39,391 bases of DNA. Source: Candidatus Shapirobacteria bacterium (GTDB lineage: Bacteria > Patescibacteriota > Microgenomatia > UBA12405). The stretch lies in contig JBAZYN010000001.1 in assembly GCA_041659325.1 (NCBI GenBank), positions 197,428 through 236,818 on the forward strand, in the 5' to 3' direction. Below are positions 1-7,470 of the stretch, piece after piece. The notes beneath the pieces are model-generated. The model was not told the DNA's origin. It saw only the letters and a program-made list of their open reading frames with translations, and did no database searches. How positions within the stretch are numbered: position 1 is the first letter of the stretch; each line of letters begins with the position of its first letter. The translations under genes and the position numbers were made by a program.

Positions 1-1
1 A

Positions 2-811
2 CTGGAGAGAATGTCGGCAGTTGCCAAAAACTCAGGGTTCAAAAACGTAGAATTTGAATACGAACCGGTTGGCGCTGCTCTTAATTATGGAATCGATATA
101 AACACCCCTTCAAATGTTTTGGTTTTTGACTTTGGAGGGGGAACACTCGACGTATGCATTATGAATTTTCCCTCGCAGAAAGTAATTTCAGTATCCGGTC
201 GGCCAATCGGTGGAGATCTGTTGGATTCGATTATTGTAGAAAATAAAATTCTAAAATATTTTGGAAAAGGTGTCATTATTTCCAAAAAAATGCCCATGCC
301 GAGGTATTTTCTTTCAGCCCTCACCAGCTGGTATCAAATCACTTTATTAAAAAACGTAAAAGATCTAGAAACACTGGATTACTACATTACCAATGCCGAC
401 ATTCAAAAACCGGTTCAAAATTTAAAAAATCTAATTATAAACGATGATGGTTATAACTTTTTTCATCGCGTCGATCAAACCAAAATAAAATTATCATCCG
501 AAGACAAAAATCAGTTCAAATTCAAATGCGAATATTTTTCAATAAAGGAGACAATATTTAGAAATGAATTTGAAGATATGATCACTGCAGAATTATCAGA
601 AACTAATAAATGTTTAGATGAAGCACTAAAAGGGGCAAGTCTCCGTCCATCGCAAATCGACAAAGTTTTGGTAACCGGCGGCTCCTCCAAAATTCCTGTT
701 TTCAAACAAATTCTCGTTCAAAAATTTGGCGCTGATAAAATTATTGATAGTGATCGTTTCACCAGCGTGGCCCTGGGATTGGGAATAAAATCAGAACAGG
801 TATTTGGTTAA
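2..811 (+). CDS. Hsp70-family protein (YegD-like), 5'-truncated by window edge
   Basis: Hsp70 motifs EPVGAA, VFDFGGGTLD and VLVTGGSSKIP; the frame is open upstream of ATG 11 to the window start; no C-terminal substrate-binding domain. Confidence 0.8.
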   Translation: MERMSAVAKNSGFKNVEFEYEPVGAALNYGIDINTPSNVLVFDFGGGTLDVCIMNFPSQKVISVSGRPIGGDLLDSIIVENKILKYFGKGVIISKKMPMPRYFLSALTSWYQITLLKNVKDLETLDYYITNADIQKPVQNLKNLIINDDGYNFFHRVDQTKIKLSSEDKNQFKFKCEYFSIKETIFRNEFEDMITAELSETNKCLDEALKGASLRPSQIDKVLVTGGSSKIPVFKQILVQKFGADKIIDSDRFTSVALGLGIKSEQVFG

Positions 812-816
812 TCTAT

Positions 817-1803
817 TTAATGCTCGACAATGTTTATCGTCAAGCTTTTGCCGTTAATATCTATTATCACCCCTCCTCCAATCGGAAAGGTCACTCTTGG
901 ATCCGTATGCCCAAAATCAACATTGGCTATCACCGGGATTTTTTCCAACTCTTTTTTGCCTTTAATCATTTCAATTATCAGCTTATCGCTAACATTTGAT
1001 GCCTTTTGAAATCTCCCCAAAACTATTCCTTTAACTTTTTCAAAATCCGGTAGATGAATCAACGATTGTAAATCTCTGTCAAAGTTAACGATCTTTGACT
1101 CATAATCATCTTCCAAAAATAATATTGAATCCGCCAGACTGGGCATATATTCGGTTCCTTGCAATAGGTTTAATGTACACAAATTTGACCCCAAAATTGT
1201 TCCTTCTGCCCGCCCCTCATTTATAATCAGCCACCCTGCATTTTTAGCGGGATTTCTATTATCTTGATCTTCATACCATTTATCGTCTGTCCATTCGCTA
1301 CTAGGTTTGACCTTAAATGTCTCATCTCTCATCACACATTTTTCAAAATACTCCTGGTTGTATTCGAAATATAATTTTTGCCCGAAATTTGAATAACACA
1401 ACCCGGAATAATTTACCAATCCGGTCTTTGCAAAAAAAGCGTTATTTAGAGCCGTAATATCAGAAAAACCACAAATAATTTTTGGATTATTATTTATTAA
1501 TTCCCAGTCAATATACCGAAACATCTGGTTGCAGTTGAACCCGCCAATTGTTGCCAACACCGCTTTTATATTTTTATCTGCAAACGCTTGATGTAAATCC
1601 TCGACTCTCGATTCTACTGGTGAAGATCCAAAATCGTCACATTCGTCAACATGTTTTCCAAAACTTATCTTAAATCCCATTGCCGATAACCTGCTGTTTG
1701 CAATTTCCCGAGTTTCTTTCGTTAAGATTGCCATCGACCCCGCCGGGGCAATCACTCTGATTTCATCCCCACGTTTTAGTTTATCCGGAAATATTTTCTT
1801 CAT
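817..1803 (-). CDS. S66 family LD-carboxypeptidase (MccF/LdcA-like)
   Basis: IRVIAPAGS, IGGFNCNQ, GFSDIT (Ser), FLEDD (Glu) and DFGHT (His) triad motifs; start moved to ATG 1803, which lies 5 nt after TGaTAAAAT. Confidence 0.9.
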   Translation of the reverse strand: MKKIFPDKLKRGDEIRVIAPAGSMAILTKETREIANSRLSAMGFKISFGKHVDECDDFGSSPVESRVEDLHQAFADKNIKAVLATIGGFNCNQMFRYIDWELINNNPKIICGFSDITALNNAFFAKTGLVNYSGLCYSNFGQKLYFEYNQEYFEKCVMRDETFKVKPSSEWTDDKWYEDQDNRNPAKNAGWLIINEGRAEGTILGSNLCTLNLLQGTEYMPSLADSILFLEDDYESKIVNFDRDLQSLIHLPDFEKVKGIVLGRFQKASNVSDKLIIEMIKGKKELEKIPVIANVDFGHTDPRVTFPIGGGVIIDINGKSLTINIVEH

Positions 1804-1842
1804 ATGACATTTTATCACCGCCTGTGATAATCTCTAATCACT

Positions 1843-2391
1843 ATGTCAAACCAAGAAAACAATCTCTGTCCCAAATGTGGTGCCCCGCTTAGTCCGGTTA
1901 CCGAAACTCCCACCGGTCGTCGTTTACAGCGTTGCTCAACTGGGACTTGGAATCCGCAAACCCATAAAACTGATGGTTGTGATTATGTAAAATGGCTCGA
2001 AGTTGAGCCAAAAACCCTGGACGAAGTTTGTCCAAAATGCGGTGCTCCTCTTGTTCTACAGTTGACCAGATTCGGCAAAAAAATGAAAAAATGCTCCAAG
2101 GGTGGCTGGGATAAGGAAGCCAAAAAAGCCACCGGCTGCGATTATGTCGAGTGGATTAATGGCACCAGTGAGCCATTAGATGAAATATGCCCAAAATGTG
2201 GTGAAAAGTTAGTTCTCTACACCACCGCAAACGGCAAAAAGATGAAAAAATGTTCGACGTCCGGCTGGGATAAGGAAGCCAAAAAAGCCACCGGTTGTGA
2301 TTATGTTGAATGGTTGAAAGTTACCAAACCTACGTCAGAAGACACCGGCGAAGAATATCTCCCCCCCGAACCGGAAGATATTGCTTTCTAA
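1843..2391 (+). CDS. Stand-alone protein of three topoisomerase-I-type C4 zinc-ribbon repeats
   Basis: Three CPKCG...C..G.W...GCDYV.W units of 53-54 aa plus an acidic tail; no topoisomerase catalytic core. Confidence 0.8.
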   Translation: MSNQENNLCPKCGAPLSPVTETPTGRRLQRCSTGTWNPQTHKTDGCDYVKWLEVEPKTLDEVCPKCGAPLVLQLTRFGKKMKKCSKGGWDKEAKKATGCDYVEWINGTSEPLDEICPKCGEKLVLYTTANGKKMKKCSTSGWDKEAKKATGCDYVEWLKVTKPTSEDTGEEYLPPEPEDIAF

Positions 2392-2398
2392 AAAATAG

Positions 2399-3292
2399 CT
2401 AAATTACTCCGGCTTCTCGTAGTAACGACATAATCTTCCCATTTCGCTCTATTAGCGTTTGCATCATCCCCCGGTCGATCAAAAAAGCAGATTGCAACTC
2501 TTCTCTCTGGTTTTCAATTGTCACATATTTGATCGGTGGGCATTCTTGGAGTAATTTTCCCAAAGATGTCCACTTTTTTAATGTCATTTCTACAACCGGA
2601 AGTGAATCGTTTTGCTTAAGACCTATTGGAACATGAAGACCCACCGTATCTATCGTTGATGCCGTTTGACGTATGATCTGCAGCGCATTTTCCCAATACT
2701 TTTCTACTATTTTGCCCGTAATAATGTCACCGGATTGGGATAATTCATATAATAAATGAACCAAATCAATCATTACCCCCGCCCTAACACCGAGTTCTTT
2801 TAACCTTCCCACTGCAGCTATTGTCAACCCCATTGAATTAGCTTCCGGTAAATTTTCTACCATAAGACGATTTGCGGGAAAACCTTGGGAAATCCCTACC
2901 ATATCAGCTATCTTTTTTTCTGAATTCACAACGGGCAAATGAACTAAAATATAAGCCCCGGGGAATTTTTTAGATATTTCTACAAGCCGGGTAGGGTCGA
3001 CTATTAGATAATCGAATACCGCTCCCATAAACAGACTTCTTAATGACGGCGGCTTCGACGCGGCTTCAGCCCGACACCCGGGAGGTCCATGTATTCCGTT
3101 AACCTTTAGACCAAGATTATTATATTCACTCCATTTAATGCGACTCAAGCCGACCACCTCAAGCCCAATACCGGATTTTACTAAGTCCACTCTAGAATAA
3201 GCTTCACGAACCTGATCTAGACGACCAGGAGCTCCGGCAATATCAGTCGACACAGAAACAATTACCGTTTCTTTCCTAGTCACAGGCAACAT
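2399..3292 (-). CDS. Hypothetical protein, probable xylose-isomerase/AP-endonuclease-2-like TIM barrel
   Basis: Ordered motifs IHGP, LVH, VEN, IDLVH, GLHV and IEN match that fold's metal-ligand spacing; true start may be GTG 3283, 7 nt after TGaTAAAAT. Confidence 0.5.
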   Translation of the reverse strand: MLPVTRKETVIVSVSTDIAGAPGRLDQVREAYSRVDLVKSGIGLEVVGLSRIKWSEYNNLGLKVNGIHGPPGCRAEAASKPPSLRSLFMGAVFDYLIVDPTRLVEISKKFPGAYILVHLPVVNSEKKIADMVGISQGFPANRLMVENLPEANSMGLTIAAVGRLKELGVRAGVMIDLVHLLYELSQSGDIITGKIVEKYWENALQIIRQTASTIDTVGLHVPIGLKQNDSLPVVEMTLKKWTSLGKLLQECPPIKYVTIENQREELQSAFLIDRGMMQTLIERNGKIMSLLREAGVI

Positions 3293-3339
3293 TTTATCAT
3301 AATTTATAAAATGTCGATGTCAACGTGTATAATTCGTCC

Positions 3340-4326
3340 ATGTCAGACGTTATCTCCCTTTTCAAAAAACTAATCTCTACCCCCTCGGTCACCGGTAATG
3401 AGCAAAACATCTGTCTCGAGGTCTACAACATGCTGACAGATGAAGGTTTTTCGACCAAAAAGATTCCTGTGTCGGACAACCGATTTAACATTTTTGCTAG
3501 TCTTGGTATACCAAAAGTTATTCTATCTGCGCACCTTGATACGGTATCACCATATATCCCACCAAAAGAAACCGATACTCATATTTATGGTCGTGGTTCC
3601 TGCGACACTAAATCCTGTGTCGCCTCCATGATTACGGCCGCCGTTAAGTGCAAGGAAGACGGACTATCAAATTTTGGCTTAATCTTTACGGTTGGCGAAG
3701 AGGAAGATTTTGACGGTGCCATAAAAATAAAAGAATCGGGATTAAAAATTCCCTTTATAATCGTTGGCGAACCAACCTCATTGGAAATCGTAAATGGTCA
3801 CTTTGGCATGCTGGTATTGAAAATTACCGCCCCGGGCAAAGCGGCTCATAGCAGTACCCCCGAAAAAGGTATTAACGCCATAGATAGTTTAATTTTAGCC
3901 ATCAAGCAGATTCAGTCAATTCCCATTTATCCCGATTCACTGATGAGTTTGGTAAAAATTGATGGTGGAATCGCCGACAATATAATTCCGGCTGAATCAA
4001 ATTGCACCTTTTCGTTTAGGATTCATCCGCAGGATACCAACGATTATCAAAAGATTATTAAGTCAGTTATCGGCTCCTCGTACAAAATAACAAAGATTTT
4101 GGATGCTTCCAGTGTTTATTCGAAAGTCCCGAATGAATTGTCATTTATAAAAAAACAAAAAATAGTCAAGTATGGTACTGATTTGTCGATATTAAAAAAT
4201 GGAATTGTTCTTGGGCCGGGTGATATCAAATACGCCCACGGGGATAATGAACAAATTAAGAAAAGTGAACTAAAAAGAGCGGTTAACGTTTATTATGAAA
4301 TAATTAAGAATTTTGTGGTAAAATAA
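3340..4326 (+). CDS. M20 family metallo-hydrolase (ArgE/DapE-like)
   Basis: SAHLDTV, GRGSCDTK, GEEED, VGEP, GKAAHSS and AHGDNE motifs; ATG 3340 lies 6 nt after TATAAT. Confidence 0.9.
   Translation: MSDVISLFKKLISTPSVTGNEQNICLEVYNMLTDEGFSTKKIPVSDNRFNIFASLGIPKVILSAHLDTVSPYIPPKETDTHIYGRGSCDTKSCVASMITAAVKCKEDGLSNFGLIFTVGEEEDFDGAIKIKESGLKIPFIIVGEPTSLEIVNGHFGMLVLKITAPGKAAHSSTPEKGINAIDSLILAIKQIQSIPIYPDSLMSLVKIDGGIADNIIPAESNCTFSFRIHPQDTNDYQKIIKSVIGSSYKITKILDASSVYSKVPNELSFIKKQKIVKYGTDLSILKNGIVLGPGDIKYAHGDNEQIKKSELKRAVNVYYEIIKNFVVK
4316..4324 (+). promoter_or_regulatory. Extended -10 promoter for a leaderless His leader peptide
   Basis: TGgTAAAAT lies 7 nt before ATG 4332, the same geometry seen at many other genes in the window. 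Confidence 0.65.
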
Positions 4327-4331
4327 CCCCA

Positions 4332-4376
4332 ATGACCAATCAAATAAGATCAATTGCTCATCATCACGCTAACTAG
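4332..4376 (+). CDS. Histidine attenuator leader peptide MTNQIRSIAHHHAN
   Basis: ATG 4332 to TAG 4376 with consecutive CAT CAT CAC at 4359-4367, directly followed by mutually exclusive hairpins. Confidence 0.8.
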   Translation: MTNQIRSIAHHHAN

Positions 4377-4432
4377 TTGTTGGCGGATTTGATTGTGTCA
4401 AAATTACCGCCAACAAATGGCGGTTCTTTTTT
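4367..4432 (+). promoter_or_regulatory. Transcription attenuator (protector, antiterminator, terminator)
   Basis: 1:2 CGCTAAC 4367-4373 / GTTGGCG 4379-4385; 2:3 TTGTTGGCGG 4377-4386 / CCGCCAACAA 4407-4416 (perfect 10 bp); 3:4 ACCGCCA 4406-4412 / TGGCGGT 4418-4424 followed by TCTTTTTT. Confidence 0.8.
4406..4432 (+). terminator. Intrinsic terminator (attenuator 3:4)
   Basis: 7-bp GC-rich stem, 5-nt loop and T-tract. Confidence 0.8.
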
Positions 4433-4488
4433 GTACTTTTTAGGTCGAAATTTAAAGGGAAGCGCCTAAATTTTGCCTAAAAATACAA

Positions 4489-4513
4489 TCCCGATTGCGA
4501 AGCGTCATCGGGA
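4489..4513. repeat. TCCCGA...TCGGGA-type palindrome
   Basis: TCCCGAT-tgcgaagcgtc-ATCGGGA; similar arms at 8862-8883 and 29869-29890. Confidence 0.55.
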
Positions 4514-4603
4514 AGGCTCATTTACTTACATGGTGGAACGTAGGAGTTTTGGTAAAAATTTAAACGTCCCAACCACGTCGGTTTGCTTTAGCAAACTATA
4601 CTT

Positions 4604-4677
4604 GGTGGTATTAGCTCAATGGTTAGAGCGCTGCTCTGTGAAAGCAGAGGTTGCCGGTTCGACCCCGGTATACCACC
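4604..4677 (+). tRNA. tRNA-His(GTG)
   Basis: 8-bp acceptor GGTGGTAT/ATACCACC including the G-1:C73 identity pair; anticodon arm CTGCT-CTGTGAA-AGCAG; T-loop GGTTCGAC; full CCA not encoded. Confidence 0.97.
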
Positions 4678-4913
4678 CAACAGTATCCGAAATTATTATA
4701 ATCTACATGACGAGATCCAGTAATTGTTTGTAATTTTTGATAAATCTGTTTTCTTAAAACATTATATAGTCATCATCCCCCCAAGCGGTGGATTGTTAAC
4801 CAATATCATTGCCTTAAACTAGGCTGACTACCTTCAGGTAAATGTTTATAAAATAATATTGTTTGGCATTACTATAATGCCATTAAGAAAAGATGTAAAA
4901 TTGATGCGTAAGA

Positions 4914-6386
4914 ATGCAAACATATAAACAGTTACGAAGAACAAGAAAGCTTAAGAAGTTTGGGAAGAAGGTTGTTATTGCCATTCTGTTTTTAGGTATA
5001 AGTTATCTGCTTTCCCTATTGTCGTTCTATATTTATACCCAACTGTCACAGATTTTACAGCCGGCAGAAAAAGGATTTTTGGGATTTGCCATTATTGGTG
5101 TAATCGCAGGACTTGTTGCCGTACTTGTTTCATTTGCCAATAAGCGACTGGTTCTAACTGTGGTTATTTCGTTTCTTGTTGACTGCCTGGTTAACAGTAT
5201 CATTTTATTTTCCAGCTTAGGCACAAAAGTTATCTCGTTTCTCCCTGGTTTAATGGTCGGAATGTTTACAGTGGTTGGCTCTGGATATTTATTAAGAAGA
5301 AAATTCGGTTTTCTTGATATAAGTATTCTGTCCCCGCGTTGCCTGAAAGAAAAGGATTACAAAAAATATGCTCTCGCCCGAAAACTATTAGAAAACCCGA
5401 ATAAAATTACTATGACAATCTTGAATGATGCTTGCGGACTTTTTCAAGATAAAGACGTTGATCCAAAAATTGGCGCAGTATTAAAGGAGGTGGACAATTT
5501 TACCAGAGCACTAGGTGGTGATGTAGCGGGGTTTATTGTGGCCCACATAAAAACAGAGACAGAAAAAGATGAAGAAAAAAAAGAGAAAGTATTGTTTTTT
5601 ATTGATCTTATAAACGATATAAAAGAAGAAATTGACTTCGCCTTTGTTAGGATAGGATCTGGCGAAGCCAAAAACTTTGTTGATCATCCGATAAAGCAGG
5701 CTCATCACAGTTATATAGCTAGTGCAGCGACATCGGCTAATAACCCGTCTATTGTGGCCACCATTGTGGCCGGATCGGTAATTGCTACCAGTGCCGCGGG
5801 AATTATTCCTGGTCTTCCCCTTATATCACAAAATGTTATCCACCCGAAAGAAATACAATCTACTCAGGGAATAGTCAGACCTACGCAAACCGCGACTCCA
5901 ACAATTTTGCCAACAGAGACACCGACGCCCAAACCCACAAACAAACCAGCCATAATTTTTTCAGCCGTCGAGAAAACTTTTTTCGTCTCCGCTCCCCAAG
6001 AAGGAACCATTTTTACCGTTAACGCCAGCGGAACATACAGGTTTACTATTATTGGAGGAGCAGCAGAGATTTCTCCGCAAAAATCCCAACCAAATTACCC
6101 TGAGCAATGGGGATGGCAAACAAAATTGTTGATTTATAAAAACCGAGCCATTGCATTTGGCCCAACTCTTTCGGGATTAGGTAATCCTCTTGTAGGGTGG
6201 ATTTATCTCATGGGTGATCCAAATTTAAAGCCAACAGCCGCAGAAGCCGAACAATCCGGCAAAGGGAAATACATAGACCTTACTTTGAATAAAGATGATT
6301 ATCTGATCTTTATTGTTGATGATTCAGATGGTGGTTTTGTAGATAATAACGGAGGCGTATCCCTCCAAGTTCAAAAGGGAGTCTAA
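4914..6386 (+). CDS. Hypothetical membrane-anchored surface protein
   Basis: Basic N-terminus, about 4 hydrophobic segments, a charged middle region, another hydrophobic stretch, a PT-rich linker and a beta-rich C-terminal domain. Confidence 0.7.
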   Translation: MQTYKQLRRTRKLKKFGKKVVIAILFLGISYLLSLLSFYIYTQLSQILQPAEKGFLGFAIIGVIAGLVAVLVSFANKRLVLTVVISFLVDCLVNSIILFSSLGTKVISFLPGLMVGMFTVVGSGYLLRRKFGFLDISILSPRCLKEKDYKKYALARKLLENPNKITMTILNDACGLFQDKDVDPKIGAVLKEVDNFTRALGGDVAGFIVAHIKTETEKDEEKKEKVLFFIDLINDIKEEIDFAFVRIGSGEAKNFVDHPIKQAHHSYIASAATSANNPSIVATIVAGSVIATSAAGIIPGLPLISQNVIHPKEIQSTQGIVRPTQTATPTILPTETPTPKPTNKPAIIFSAVEKTFFVSAPQEGTIFTVNASGTYRFTIIGGAAEISPQKSQPNYPEQWGWQTKLLIYKNRAIAFGPTLSGLGNPLVGWIYLMGDPNLKPTAAEAEQSGKGKYIDLTLNKDDYLIFIVDDSDGGFVDNNGGVSLQVQKGV

Positions 6387-6418
6387 AAATGCGATTATGT
6401 TTAGTTTGGGCTAAATAT

Positions 6419-6427
6419 TGATATAAT
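6419..6427 (+). promoter_or_regulatory. Extended -10 promoter of the GNAT-hisS leader
   Basis: TGaTATAAT, a perfect extended -10. Confidence 0.7.
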
Positions 6428-6516
6428 TGAGTTTAATTAAACCGGTCGGGTTCAAACTTGTCCAGTTTCGAACATCAGCTGGGAGACGACCCCACAACTT
6501 TATAACTTTCTACTTT

Positions 6517-6612
6517 ATGAACTTTATAAACTTTAATACTTATTCGCATCATACCCATACCGTGGTCACCATTCCGCGGGGTATTGCAGTGACCATCCTC
6601 AAATCTTTCTAG
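6517..6612 (+). CDS. Putative His attenuator leader peptide MNFINFNTYSHHTHTVVTIPRGIAVTILKSF
   Basis: CAT CAT ACC CAT at 6547-6558; lies upstream of a terminator and the GNAT-hisS operon. Confidence 0.6.
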   Translation: MNFINFNTYSHHTHTVVTIPRGIAVTILKSF

Positions 6613-6633
6613 AAAAGATAAATATTAACTTTT

Positions 6634-6659
6634 AAACCCCCGCAATCGCGGGGGTTTTT
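6634..6659 (+). terminator. Intrinsic terminator in the hisS operon leader
   Basis: AAACCCCCGC-AATC-GCGGGGGTTT followed by TTCGTTTCTTT; left arm also complementary to ATT-cc-GCGGGG at 6571-6581. Confidence 0.85.
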
Positions 6660-6763
6660 CGTTTCTTTGGGTCAAATAATAAACCGAATGGTGAAATATT
6701 TTGACCTAAGACACAATCCGATAGCTTAAGATAATCGGGATAAATTTATTTAACAAAATTATT

Positions 6764-7462
6764 ATGATCAAAGAAATATCATTATTAACATTATCTCCGG
6801 AGACAATTATCGCCTCCGATCAAATTAGTCAAATTGCGATTTTATATGCCGATGTTTTTCGGGGACCACCATGGAACGAAGCGGTAAAATGCAATTCTTG
6901 CAAAAAATACGAAGAGGAATCGGTTGCCGTTAATTCTCCATGTCCTTGTGGTGGTTATTTCAGTGAAGCTTATCCTTTGTCGGAAACCAAGGGTTATATT
7001 GAGTCAGAATCTCAAATACCTGGCTTCCGTCTCACACTTGTGAAAGATAAGGAACAAGTCGTGGGTTTCGCCTGGAGTTACCTAACCACTCCGGCAAAAC
7101 TTGTTGTTGCCAAATGGTCAGATCCACAAAATCAACAGTCCATACTTAAAGTTCTTGAAAGAAATGATTTAACTCCTAATACTCAATTTCGCTATTTCTG
7201 TGAAATTGGCATTGCTCCGGAATATAGAGGTCTCGGTCTTTCAAACTATCTTTCCAAACAGGTTGTGGGCTCTGAACCAACTCTGTTTAGAACCAACATT
7301 GGCACCAAAATGATGGCGGTCGGAGCGACTCTTGGCTTTGAACAAATAATGGGGCCGGAAGTAACTGTCGATCGTTCAGGTGGCATAATTATTCCCACCG
7401 GGAAAATATTTAACCGCCTTGATTCCGAAAGAGAGGATCGGGTTCTATTTTTAAAATCATAA
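6764..7462 (+). CDS. GNAT-family N-acetyltransferase with a Cys-rich insert
   Basis: YADVF..PPWNE N-terminal motif, VVGFAWSY, and acetyl-CoA motif EIGIAPEYRGLGLS; CxxC...CPC cluster. Confidence 0.75.
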   Translation: MIKEISLLTLSPETIIASDQISQIAILYADVFRGPPWNEAVKCNSCKKYEEESVAVNSPCPCGGYFSEAYPLSETKGYIESESQIPGFRLTLVKDKEQVVGFAWSYLTTPAKLVVAKWSDPQNQQSILKVLERNDLTPNTQFRYFCEIGIAPEYRGLGLSNYLSKQVVGSEPTLFRTNIGTKMMAVGATLGFEQIMGPEVTVDRSGGIIIPTGKIFNRLDSEREDRVLFLKS

Positions 7463-7470
7463 AAATTTCA

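Noticed and set aside
4597-4602. TATACT as the tRNA-His promoter
   Set aside because: Only 1 nt from G-1, too close to start transcription upstream of the mature 5' end; other internal promoters are not excluded
4473-4733. 86-aa ORF in the track
   Set aside because: It runs through tRNA-His, starts at TTG and has no recognisable motifs; most likely spurious
6427-6516. TTG-initiated 61-aa extension of the His leader
   Set aside because: The TTG overlaps the -10 box, so it would lie upstream of the expected transcription start; ATG 6517 is preferred
6496-6540. AACTTT-ATA short repeats as a CRISPR or VNTR array
   Set aside because: Low-complexity and degenerate, with no spacers or cas genes; no CRISPR array was seen anywhere in the window
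6434-6662. T-box riboswitch for hisS
   Set aside because: No clear AAGGTGGNACC T-box consensus next to the terminator and no recognisable specifier stem; the His-codon ORF explains the layout better (a covariance model search was not run)
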